The notes beneath the pieces are model-generated. The model was not told where the DNA came from. It made no database searches and worked only from the letters and a program-made list of their open reading frames with translations. This document shows positions 24,778 through 36,269 of a stretch of DNA of 64,000 nucleotides, in pieces; position 1 is the first letter of the stretch, and each line of letters begins with the position of its first letter. The DNA is from Camelus ferus (Eukaryota), in assembly GCF_009834535.1 (NCBI RefSeq), contig NC_045696.1, positions 40,672,001 through 40,736,000 of the forward strand, in the 5' to 3' direction. The translations under genes and the position numbers were made by a program.

Positions 24778-25412
24778 TTTCAAGAGATGAAGATTCTTTA
24801 GTATAATTTACAATGTGACATTTTTCATGATCTATGCCTGTCTTCTACTTAATCTTAATTCACATTGATGCAGTTAAAGAAGACTTTCTATTTTTTCTCA
24901 GCAATAATGATAAAGAACAGTGGATCTCTTTTCATATAAAACAGGTTACATATAAGCTTTTATTGTCATCCAGCAGATATGCTGATGGTTAATTTATGTC
25001 CTTGGAAACCTAACAGTATTCTTTGAAAGCCCAGTGGCTTGCTCAGACTAATCTTATCTCTCAATGTCGGCCTCTTCTTAAAAGAGTACTTGGCACCCCT
25101 TATCTTCAATAATATGTGTGTAGAAAGATCTTTCTGTGGGTAGCTTAGGGATTAACAGCTCCTTGGTTTGGGGCTGAGATTTCCTTGTAGCTTGGCCTCT
25201 GCAGCCTAATTGTTGCATCCTTGAAGCCTACATGCCAATGTAGTTTGATGTTATTAGTGTGACTGTCAATAAAAGTTCTCTAGGAAGTGAACTTATTATG
25301 TACATTAATGTAAGAAAATAATAGAATGTTTACCAGGATGGTCAAGCTGGCTATGTTGCTATAATACATCATGTCTTTTTATTATTAATATCTTCTCTTA
25401 GTTGTTTTAGAG

Positions 25413-25624
25413 CAGGGTTTCTTAGCAGCAGCACTGTTGATGTTTTCTGCTGGATATATCTCAGTTGTGGGGGTTTGTCCTGTACATTGTAGGATGTTTA
25501 ACTACATCCCTGGCTTCTACCCACCAGATATGAGTAGTACCCTCCCATTGTGACAATTAAAAATGTTTCCAGATATTGCCAAATGTCTGCTAGGGACAAA
25601 ATCACCTCCAATTGAGAACCACTG
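25413..25624 (-). mobile_element. MER20 hAT MITE
   Basis: cagggtttctt...tgtcctgtacattgtaggatgtttaactacatccctggcttctaccc...ttgagaaccactg. 8-bp TSD-like flanks ttttagag / tcctagag. Confidence 0.9.
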
Positions 25625-26915
25625 TCCTAGAGTATGAGGCATGGCATATTTAGACCTAAGGCTATCTGAAAAAGAACTGTGCCAATATCTTCTTATATTC
25701 CCTCTCCTTCAAAAAAGTACTACGTAATATCCTGAAAGTATAATTACACAAAGATGACATGCTTCTAGACTTTTTTCATTGCACTGAATCTTAACAATAG
25801 AGTCGCAAAATACAAGAGCCTCTTGATTCTTCATTATGTTGTTTGTAACAAGCCAAGAACATGATTGTTACAGTAAAGAGCCCTGTAACATAGAATAAAG
25901 TATGCCACATAGAATTCATAAAATAGAATCATTTCTGTTTAAACTACTGAAACTGCTCATGTAAAAAGTGAATATAACTTAGTACTTATATAACTCATAG
26001 GCAAGAATTTATAAATACAGTATAGCAAAAACTTAAAGGAGCTCTTCTGTAGTTAGGGAGAAATTTTTTTAACATTATAAATGGGAAAACCCATTCATTA
26101 ATACAGCTTAAGCCTGTAGTTATTAGTTAATAGTTCTTATTCTCTTCTATCAGCAAAATATTATTCATTTCCAGAAATGTCTTGAAGAAGGTGGCCCATA
26201 ATATCTGGGTGAAATGTGAGCCAGCTATGAAGGCCCTTAACAGCAGCATGGCATCCATGTTTCTGGTCAGAAGAATGCAGCTCTGGAAACAGAGACCCCC
26301 AGGGTAGTCACTTTTTAGTTACAGTCAAGCTCCAACAAATTTTCTTTAGGGAAACTTTACAGACATCACACAAACACACCCATTTTTTTAATACCCTTGC
26401 TTAAATTTACTGTTACATGCTTCTGTTTCTGTGAGGTCCATAAATGTCACAGAATCTGCTTGTCAGCATGATAGTCAAAGACTTCCCCTTGTTGACTTAA
26501 GACACTACCTAGTTTGGGGTTTATTTTGTGAGAATGACTTATCCTACATTCCACAATCTGTAGAATTAGCTTGCCTGTGGTTTTGAAAGAAGAATAAATG
26601 GAGAACTCTTGCCCTTGTGGTTTTATTTAATGTTTAGAAAAGTTCAAGCTTAATCTAGTAATTTAGAATGTATACATTTGACTGGCTATATTATGAAATT
26701 ACAATTCTTTAGCAGCAATTTAAAACTGTACAAAGTTCTATGTGGGTTTTATTGTTCAGGGTCAGACATGTTGGCAGTCAGTACTTAACAAGATCAAAGC
26801 TGTCTAGAAAATGATTCAAGGAAAGAATTTTTACTGAATCTCAGAAGTGCTTGAACCTGCAGCTACCTTTTTAAATCTTAACCAACTAGTTAATTGCAAA
26901 AGGATCATTTTGGAT

Positions 26916-27082
26916 GAGCAGTTCTCAAAGTATGTAACCTGGAACAACAGTGTTATCATCTCCTTATAAGAAGTGAGAATTTCTGGGCTCAATCCCAGAA
27001 ACTCTGGGGATGAGACCTAGAAATCTGTATTTTAGCAGTTCTCCTGGCAATTCTGATGCACACCAAAATTTGAGAACCATTG
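26916..27082 (+). mobile_element. MER5A hAT MITE
   Basis: gttctcaaagtatg...cagaaactctggggatgagacctagaaatctgtatttt...ttctgatgcacaccaaaatttgagaaccattg. Confidence 0.8.
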
Positions 27083-28334
27083 TTTCAGACTGTCATAATC
27101 ATTGTGACTTTTTTTTTCCTGCCTGATTTGATGGTTGTTGTCTCTGATGCCATAAAAAGCAGATGATTTTTACCAAGAAGAGAATATTATTTGCTTAGAA
27201 GCATGTTCCTTTATCTCTTTGTAATATGAGGTCTACATTTAGGTGTGATGCTTGCCATAGATGATCTACAGTAGCTCTTGAACAAAAGTATCAAGGTTAT
27301 GAGCATAATTATCAAACTTACAATTATGTATTCTGAAGTTGACAACTGGTTTGCAAAGTTCATTTCACTAAGTCATAAATAATTTGTGTTACTCCTTCCT
27401 TTCATAAAATAATAATGATAATAATGCTTGCATTAAGACTCTCATTACTTCATGCCAGCAGAAAGGAAAACTTTGGTGGGGTGAGACCTACCTGTCACTG
27501 CATGTCTGGACTTGTAGATTCTGCACATGTACTGAGTAACCAGAAGCTCCATATTGTTATCTCATGCACATGTATAAATAGTTTTAACACCAACCTTTTG
27601 AATGGCCCATTTTTGTAAAGGCCCTGTTAGTTCCCCACCTGCTATTTCTCACTACCCCATTGGGTAGAGATTTTTTTTTTCCTTGCTCACTCTTTAAAGT
27701 TTGTAGGTATTGATAAGCTCAGGTCAACCTAACTGGTTAATATGATCTTAAATATGAGTTCTGATCATGATTCCTTGCAAATTCACATTTTGTGTCCACT
27801 TTAAGATACATAGAAAAACTCAAAGAGGGTTAGTAAAGATTTTCAGAAATTCAAAGATTTATTTAAAGGGGGCATCTACTAAAAACTGGAAGACAATATG
27901 ATATTATGGGAAATAAAAACCTTATGGTGGCTATGTCTATTCAGGGAAGCTTTATAAACAGGAACTGCTGGTTTTACTCTCTATACAAGGGATTTGATCA
28001 TAAAAATCGTAAGTTAGAGAAATCATCACTTATATATGAACACAAGCATATGGATATAAAGGTAGACCTCACATTTTCCACTTAGATGTATTCTTAAAAA
28101 GTCAGATGAAAACAATATTTATAAATCAAGTCATATTTTTAGTTGGTCATGATAATCTTAGAGGTGCTGTATCTTCCATTTTGCCAGCCTGGCTGGAATA
28201 TGGCTGCTAAAATACCTACCCTCAATTAACTCCAGCTTAGCACCTAGTCAGTGCATTATGAAGTAGCCATTGTTTAAAGGACCACTTTTAAAGAATGAAT
28301 CCAGGAATGATTTCATAATGTAGAAGCTCATTAC

Positions 28335-28389
28335 CTGTCCATTTCTTTATCTTCAGATTTTTCTGTCAAGTTTGTTGAATTGTAGCACA
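28335..28389 (-). other. Candidate ATG-bearing exon (MD + AG, phase-2 donor)
   Basis: Minus strand: ...gataaagaaATGGACAG|gtaatg, with Kozak purine at -3 and G at +4. The upstream acceptor is weak, but TATTTAAAA and a CAGCTG E-box lie just upstream. Confidence 0.3.
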
Positions 28390-28454
28390 CTTTTAAATAT
28401 GTATGTATGGTTGAAGGTCTCAGCTGACCTTCCTAACCAAATCGTATCCCCTAA

Positions 28455-28625
28455 AGCAGTGTGGTTCATGGCCCTGACTACTGGATCACAAGAGGAACTT
28501 TTAAAACTATTGATACTTGGACACAATGTATTTAATCCTGATCAATGGAATTAGAATCACTGGTGATTGAATTGTTTTAGGTGTTGGAGGTGATTCTACT
28601 ATGCAGGCAGATTTGATAACTGTGT
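28455..28625. mobile_element. MER5B-like MITE (degenerate)
   Basis: cagtgtggttc...ggatcacaagaggaacttttaaaa...aattagaatcactgg...aggtgattctactatgcaggcagatttgataactg. Confidence 0.45.
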
Positions 28626-30084
28626 GCCTAAAGAGAATGCTGATATATTTTTGGACAGCTTATTGTAGTACTTGGTGTGACTATAAATTAATGAGAGTAT
28701 TTCACACGAGGATGGCTGGTGTCAGTATTTCACACCAAAATGGAAGATGTCATGTCTTCCCTTTATGAATTCATTTCTTACTATGTTTCCTCATTTAGGG
28801 AAAAATGACTGAGTTTTACTATATAACAGTCTTTCCATATATATGTTGCCCATTTGGGGCTATGCTTTTTCTATGCATTTGTAATTTCTCAAAATTATAT
28901 GTCAGTCCAAAGTTTCTTTCCCCTTTGTCTCAGAAGCAAAAATGTTCCTATTCCTTCCTCTCATATCACCTTGCCCCTCCATGGACCTGTCTATTGTCAG
29001 CACAGCTCTAAGATGTGGGCAAATAACATCCTCAGACATAGGTTTTCCAGCTCTTGTGAGGGAGCTAAGTACCTTTCCTCCCACTGAAATGTTTCTGAAG
29101 TACTCTTCAGCCACCTCCGTGTTCTGTCATTTTTGTCTGTCCCCTGAGAATGAGAGCCATGCATGTTGACGACCCCCTTCCTAAGTGGCCGAATAAGAGA
29201 AATTACACATGTCTCTTATTTATTCTGTGTTCCTCTGGAGACCTCCACTAGCAGGAATGGAGGAGGTTATTTTTTCATGAAGAGTAACATACTCCCAAGT
29301 TGTATTTTAATGGATAACTTAGCTCCGGGTTAGATTCTTTGGCATAAAGATCACTACATTTAATGTAGAAGGTCATGAGTTTAGTCATTGGACAAGTTAA
29401 TCAAATGACTACTGTAGTTCAAAAGTACATCTGCATTTGGATAAAATATGATTCGTGTTAGAGTGCTAAACTTGACATTTGGTTTCCCTCAGGTAATAAA
29501 ATAACTTTTAATGAAATAAACATGTACCTTTCTGCAGCAAACCTGCATAAAGCACATAGTCTAGTTAGATTTCTTTACTGGCGGTGATAGGAAACCTTTA
29601 ACCTGCCACAGGCTGCTTTATTTTATTCAGTCTCAAGTAGTTAACCTGTTGAGCTGATTAGCAGAGCAGTTCAGAGTCATTGTCAGCACCACAAATGAAA
29701 GGGACAGAAAAGCCACAAAGTCGTGTGTGCTTGTTTGACATCAACAACATTCATTGTATCATTTCAAGTGCTGCTAGTGAGAAATAGCTTTGACTCAGCT
29801 TCCCTATTTGTGCATCCCCTTCTAGTCCTAACACTGTAGAAGTCCCGAAACAAATCCTATTCATGTCGGTATTTTTACTATTTAATAACAGTACCTGACC
29901 CCTAATTGACACACTCAGTACTTTTTCAATTTAAATACTTTTATTTAAAAATTCTAATATATTGCCAACCAGGCTATAGACCAAAATACGATGTCTATTC
30001 CTATGGATCATTACAACCATTTAGTGTAGAATCTCTTAAAATATTTAATAAACTCACTGGAGAGTTGGGAGCAATGGGTAACCC

Positions 30085-30515
30085 ATTTTAATCAACCACC
30101 TCCTTCAATCCCTAGCAACCACTTTGTTTTCTATTCCTCTAATTTCACATGACTACAATCAGCATTTTTAATCTGGTTTCTTTCATAATGTGCTTGAGAT
30201 TCATCCAGGTTGTTGTGTGTACCAATAGTTTGTTCCTTTTTACCACTTGGTAATATTCCATCATACAGAAATACCACGGTTTGCTTATCCACTCACCATC
30301 TGAAGGACATTTGGATTATTTTCTGTTTGGGGTAATTATGAATAAAACCACTAAAAAATGCTTATGGACAGGTTTTTAAGTAAATGTACCTTTTACCTCT
30401 CTGAGGTGTTTATCTAGGAGTAAGATTACTTCACTTTATTGTAAATATCTGTCTAACATTTTATAAGGAGCTGCCTACTGTTTTCCAAAGGAGCTATACT
30501 ATTTTGCAAGTACTT
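30085..30515 (-). mobile_element. L1M fragment (3' region)
   Basis: cttgagattcatccaggttgttgtgtgtaccaatagtttgttcctttt, ccactcaccatctgaaggacatttgg, ctgcctactgttttccaaagg. Confidence 0.75.
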
Positions 30516-30758
30516 CTGTACATTTTTAAAGCATAATTCAAGAGCTTGTTGGGATGGAGGAGGCACTGAAGAGGAGAGGTTCTCATTATATGTGTTCCCT
30601 GAACACCACTTAACTAAATCTAAAGCTTGATTTGATATGGAAAAAATAGTTTCATATCTGAAATTTATATAGGTTTCCAGTATAGCCTTTAGATATTATG
30701 GAATGAAGACATCTCATTAAGGGATAATGGCCCTCCTAATTAAAAATAATGCAGTGGA

Positions 30759-30893
30759 ACAGGGAGGGTATAGCTCAGTGGTAGAGTGCATGCTTAGCAT
30801 ACACAAGGCCCTGGGTTCAATCTCCAGTACCTCCATTAAGTAAACAAACAAAAAAGAACAAACAAACAAACCTAATTACTTCCCCACCTCAAA
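30759..30893 (+). mobile_element. Camelid tRNA-derived SINE (Vic-1-like), full length
   Basis: gggagggtatagctcagtggtagagtgcatgcttagcat...ctgggttcaatctccagtacctcc, (AAAC)n tract, cctaattacttcccc tail. Perfect 17-bp TSD aaaaataatgcagtgga (30742-30758, 30894-30910). Confidence 0.9.
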
Positions 30894-31681
30894 AAAAATA
30901 ATGCAGTGGAGTAAGTTCTTATTATTAAAGGAAATATATCAGGGCATAGCTTATACACAGGCAGGCAGATACCTTTCTGGTTTTAAAATAAATTTCTGAA
31001 ACCTAAATCATTCCCTTACACATATCCAAAACATTAACACTGGTGGAAAGTAAATATTTTATACCTTGATAATTCGTGATAAATTGCCGAGAAAATGCTT
31101 ATTACATTTTCAAGGCTGTTGGAACATACCAATTTTCCCAGTCTTATGTGGACATCAAGTTCTTGTTCTTCCCTTTCTCTCCTCCTCTGTAGTGTTTTAT
31201 CTCGTCTTTCCCTCTTCACTGCTCCCACGAGTCTCCTGTTTTTCTAATCCTGACTTGATGTCCTTTTTGCCCTGGAATTTCTTTTTCTTCCTATTTCTCT
31301 CTCTCTTCTCCATCTGCTTTTAAAATTCCTTAATTCATGACAATGTAGGACCAGTTTCTTTTTTCCAAGTAGTAATTATTAAATGATCTCTTTTTTTTTA
31401 CCTTTTGTCATTTAAACTTTATAAAATTTGTTTTACTTTTAAAATGTTTCGGCCTCTGACTCAGAAATTTTTTTAACAGCACCAATAAAGTCACTGTTTA
31501 CATGTGTATAAATCAATCATGGTTGACACTCTCCAGAAAGAACGCAATCCATGATGAAATAAGGAAGTTTCCCACCTCTGCTCTGGGAAGCATCAGTATT
31601 AGGAAGCACCACCAAGGACTGTTTTATCCATTTTCTGTACCCCAGATTAAATATTTATCTAATATAATTAACATTAGGTAT

Positions 31682-32050
31682 TGTCAGCTTTAAGAAAGAC
31701 ACATATCATGAGAGTTGTGAGTTTAAGTTTTATGCACAGTCTTACTGAGGACTATAGCCTGGGAAACAGCCACTCAGAAGCTCAGAGTAAACTGCTCCAA
31801 AGAAGTAGGGGAGGAGTGTATACATGTGTATACATGAATTTTTTTGGCTAGGAAAAACGTGTAGTTAAGCATATATTTTGGTAAAAAGACTCCTGCTAAT
31901 CACAAAGAACAGATATCTCAGGTTGATGATTTTAGTGCTTTTCAATTGTATGGGAAGATGCAAAAATCTAGGGTAATTGAAATTCTTCCTGAGATATGCA
32001 TCTTAACTATCTAGGGGCCCATTTATCCAACGCTTGGAATGCCTTATCCT
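31682..32050 (-). mobile_element. ERV1-class LTR fragment (laurasiatherian type)
   Basis: Begins TGTCAGC.... Blocks gagagttgtgagtttaagtttta, tgaggactatagcctgggaaacagc, actgctccaaagaagtagggg, gattttagtgctttt and taactatcta match ungulate/carnivore ERV1 LTRs as I recall them. Right boundary unclear. Confidence 0.6.
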
Positions 32051-32699
32051 GTTTTAATACATTCCAATATCTAGCCTTTGTTTCCAGTGGCTTAAAGAAA
32101 TTTAGTAATTTTATTGATTTGCTTTCCAATTCTTTGACTGTATTTGCCCTACAGGAATTATTTTATTTATTGGGCTTCACTTGCATTTTCCTCATACTAC
32201 TTCATACCCACGAGCTAAACCATCCAGGAAACTTAAATGGCTTTCCAATTCTTTCCTACATAATAATGGCTAAGTTCTCAAAAATTTAATTTCTTTTTAG
32301 TTTTACTAACTTTATAGAAATAATGAACTAACTTAATTAAAAGCATTAAAGAGGAGATGAAGATATGAAGATTTTTCTGCGTTCACCTATAGGTCAAAGA
32401 CTTATGTCAACCAAAAAACATATGGAGCAGGAAACATTTCAAAAATAATCATGCTTTAGTTTAATGGAGTGGAATTAAGCATTTTTCATTATGATTCTTT
32501 ATATAGTATTCTATGACTGAATGGTGTTCTTGATACTTACCTCTGAAGGGAAAGATACCTCTCTACAGAAATAGTATGTATAATATAAATACCAGTTTCA
32601 TTAGGCATTTGTTTAAAGTAAGATTTCATTGTTCCTTAGTAATCTGGAGAAGAAGATCCTCAGTGCATAACTGAGGAAGATTCAGACAGGCTTTTTAAG

Positions 32700-32862
32700 T
32701 AGCGTGTGCAGTAGAATCAGCTGGGTTCTAGTCTCTATTTTGCTGCTTACTAACTAGCTGGGTAGCTGACCTAGAGCAAGTCATCTAGTCCTTCATTTTA
32801 CACTTCCTCAACTGTGAAATGTAGGAATTGAATTAGATGATCTCTAAGGTCTCCTGGTTCTA
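32700..32862 (+). mobile_element. MIR (MIR3/MIRc-like)
   Basis: ctgggttctagtc...tgacctagagcaagtcatc...cttcctcaactgtgaaatg...tagatgatctctaaggtc. Confidence 0.65.
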
Positions 32863-33946
32863 AGCAAAATTCAAAGAGAGTTGGAAGTCACACACTATCT
32901 TCCCTACCCCACCCCCACCCCAAGGCAAGCCAGTGTTCCTCATAATAGAACTATGGGTGCATGTGACCACAGAAAACATTCTTGACGTTTTCTCAGAGTT
33001 CCTTGCTGCACTGTTTTGGCATTGCGCTTGCCCCAGTTGAACAGCTTTCCTGGAGGACTTGCTCCTGGGCAGTGGCTCCTAGGACTGTGAAGCACTCAGA
33101 GTGCCACTTCTGGTCGAGCCCCAGGCATTTGTGCCCACTGTGCAGCTGTTTGCTCTTGTTTTCTTCAAGATTCAAATTTAATTGTCCTGTTCTTCTAAGA
33201 CTTTAAGATAGTCAAGGGAGCATTAGCTCACTGAAAATAATTGAAAACACCTTTTGGAAAAGTGCAGCTGGGAATGTAAGCATGAGATTCCATCATGCTG
33301 ATCATGGTTTTTCAAGGAAGAAGTTATTTCTCTACCTTATAACATTTTCTAATAAATATAGAGAAGTCAGTTCCACCTCAGACTTTCTGAGTCATGGCCT
33401 TTGAGAGCAAGACAGGTCCTGGAGATGGGTGACTAATCCAGGGCCTCCAGGATGGTAGATTGTAAAGCTGTTCTGGGGTCCTTTGCCTGGGCTCTTTCTC
33501 TGCATTACCAGCCTCAGTCTTTCCAAAGCCACAGCAAACCATTCTGGAGTTGCACTCATATTCTCTTGCATTTCCCATTGCCTTCCCTGCCTTACTGAGT
33601 ATGAGTTTTGTCAAAGTGAAGAGTGAGATCTGTGTAAGTAGGCCACCTGAATGCAGAGGAAAATGTCTCCAAAGGACTCACACGAGTAGTCCCACTGACA
33701 CTCTCCAAGGGGCTCCTTGTAGGTGTGCCAGTATCACAGGCCAGCCTTCCCCTGAAAATGTGGTGTCTCCAGCCCTCCCCAGACTTGCCTGCTTCATTCC
33801 ATCCCATGTAGTCAAAAGTATATTTTAAGAAAACTTGAACTTAGTTAAACATTTGCAAAGCAACTTGGGCTTACAAGTATCTTAACCCACAGTCATTTGG
33901 AAAATGTCATTCTTGGAGCCCTGTCTATAAGAGGGTTATGTGTATG

Positions 33947-33970
33947 GTGTGTGTGTGTGTGTGTGTGTGT
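33947..33970. repeat. (GT)12 microsatellite
   Basis: Direct reading. Confidence 0.95.
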
Positions 33971-34507
33971 CTGTCCCCATGTGTCCTCTTCCCTTGAAAC
34001 AAAATGCTTTAATACATGAACTTTGTGGAATTTGATTGGAAAGACTTCATGTTTTGTAAGGGAAGAAGCAAAGTGTGGAAAATTAGATAACAAGGAAAGA
34101 GCACCAGATTGTAAAGATACTTAGCAGTGTATGGCTTCTTCTATATTCCCAAGTAGTAAGCATCATAGTTACTCTGTTACTAGAAGTGTAAACATGTTCT
34201 GATTTAAATGTCTGACATGTTAGAAAGACATGATGGCTCCTCAATTTTCTAGATAATCCTGGTATTTCAAGCCACTTGAGCATCCCAAATTCCTATTTCA
34301 GCCACCTCCAGAAGAGACCAAAAATAATATTGGAAAACTAACAATTTCCTACTAGTGTCATTAGATACAAGCTTAACTTCTCTTTGTAGACATTTTCCAG
34401 AATTTTCTTAAGACAAAGTCTTTGTTCAGTGTCTCCTCTTTTGAATCAAAGATACATTGTTCTGATTCCACGTCTGGCCTGAATAAATATTAATTGAAAT
34501 TCTAAAG

Positions 34508-34691
34508 ACAGTATTGTGATGATTAAGAGCTCAGGTTCTGTGGCCAGATTCCTTGGGTTAGAATCTTAACTCTGACCTTTAGGAGCTGTGTGTTCTAGGG
34601 CAAGTTACTCAGCCTCTCTGGGCCTCATTTATGCCACATTTGTAAAATGAGGATGAAGAAATTAATATCTACATCATAGAGTTGTTTTTAA
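34508..34691 (+). mobile_element. MIR SINE, 5' part (continues at 35468)
   Basis: ttaagagctcaggttctgtggccaga...gggcaagttactcagcctctctgggcctca...tgtaaaatgaggatga...tacatcatagagttgtt. Confidence 0.8.
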
Positions 34692-35467
34692 TAGAGATCT
34701 TCAAAAAATTTCTCTGAAAATAATTTAGAAAAACTGTATACATCCTCACACAGTTTTAAGTTGAAACCTAAAACTTTTTATCATAGGTTTCAAAGTATAT
34801 TTTTGATAATGAAAGGTAGAAAAAAAAGTGTAACATGAATTAAGATGAGAATTGGTTGTAGCTCAAATAGTTGACATGATTTGAAAAACTAAGTTTTACC
34901 TACCTTGCTGAATAACTCAAAGAGAATTGAAAAGAAACCATAAAAAAAGTATTCATATATTTTAGGTATGTATCTGAGTAATTTAGCACTCCCAGAAAAC
35001 ATACATATAACATGCGAAAGAATCAGCATTCTTTACCTATTCTGCTTTGGCTGTTGTTAAAAATTCAGAACATCTTGGCACCAACTAAGCTTCACATGTT
35101 TTTATTAATAAGTATGAGACGGAAAAGATAGGACTGTTGACAGTTGGAAATGCCTCGATTAAAGCACTTGTCCCTGAAACCAGTAGTCTTTCTCATCATA
35201 ACATGTTTTGAATTCCAGGAAGTTCGTATACTCCAAAGACAATGGAGTCCAAGGCAATGAACTATATAGTAAGATTTGTCTTGGATGAGGAGTTTGTCTT
35301 TGAGTAAAGAGAAGGGATTCATATGAATGCAGGTGGATTCTCAGGCAGTTAAAAAATAAAGTTCAAGTGAAAGTTAAGGTCTGGAGAATAATTTCCTTAA
35401 AATACTAGTGCATGTACACATCTTACATAATATTTGCATACCTAATACCCCAGTATGAAGACCATAA
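34692..35467 (-). mobile_element. hAT-Charlie DNA transposon derivative (Charlie4-like) inserted in a MIR
   Basis: TIR-like ends tagagatcttcaaa / tgaagaccataa. The reverse complement of the right end (tggtcttcatactggggta...ttttaaggaaattattctccagaccttaac...ctgcctgagaatccacctg) resembles the Charlie4 5' end as recalled. Confidence 0.55.
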
Positions 35468-35535
35468 GTCGATTAAATGAGTGAATACATGTTAAGCTCT
35501 TAGAATAATTCCTAGTATCTAATAAGCCTTGAGCA
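35468..35535 (+). mobile_element. MIR SINE, 3' part
   Basis: gattaaatgagtgaatacatgttaagctcttagaataattcctag resumes the MIR consensus where the 5' part stopped. Confidence 0.7.
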
Positions 35536-36269
35536 AAAGTACGTTTTTATAACTATTACTATTCTCAGGCTCCCCTTCAGGAAGAATTATGCATACTTAC
35601 TTTGATTTATCCTCGGGACTAAGGACTTAACTGCCTGCATTCAGCATCCTTTCGAATTAAGCGACTAAGTACCAGAAAAATCTGATACCTCAGTGTTAGA
35701 ATCACAGTTCCATTCTTCTCATGAGACAGCCTCACTCCAAGTATAACTGCTGGAACTTTCCAATCAAATTCCATTTAGTTTGGCTATCCATAGATGTGTT
35801 ATTCTCCTGAATACAAATAATTTTCTCCATGTATGATCCATCCTGAGGCTAAAGGTCCCATAAAGTGGTAATTTCTATAATTTCTTAAGTGCCTTGAGAG
35901 ATTAGACATTACCGAATAACTGAAGAAACAGAATACAGAATGGAAAAAATTGAAAAAATAAGAAATTTAAAAAGGAAAAGATAGTTCATTTTAAACTGGA
36001 CCCCTTAAAATCTCAAAACCTACGTATAGGGACCTCTGGCCTAACATGTTACCAAGTATTTTGATTTGGACAGCCTATGTCATTAAAGGTTAGTTCTGGA
36101 CTTAAAGCTGATGTCTTTTTTAACAATGAATGTTCATTTTAGAAAAATTTGGATAATCCAAAAGAAAAAAAAATCACTGCTTCACTACTACCTAGGGGTA
36201 AAGATTCTTGATACATATCTTCTCACTTTTTTTTATGTAAAAATAAAATATATATATATATATATACTT

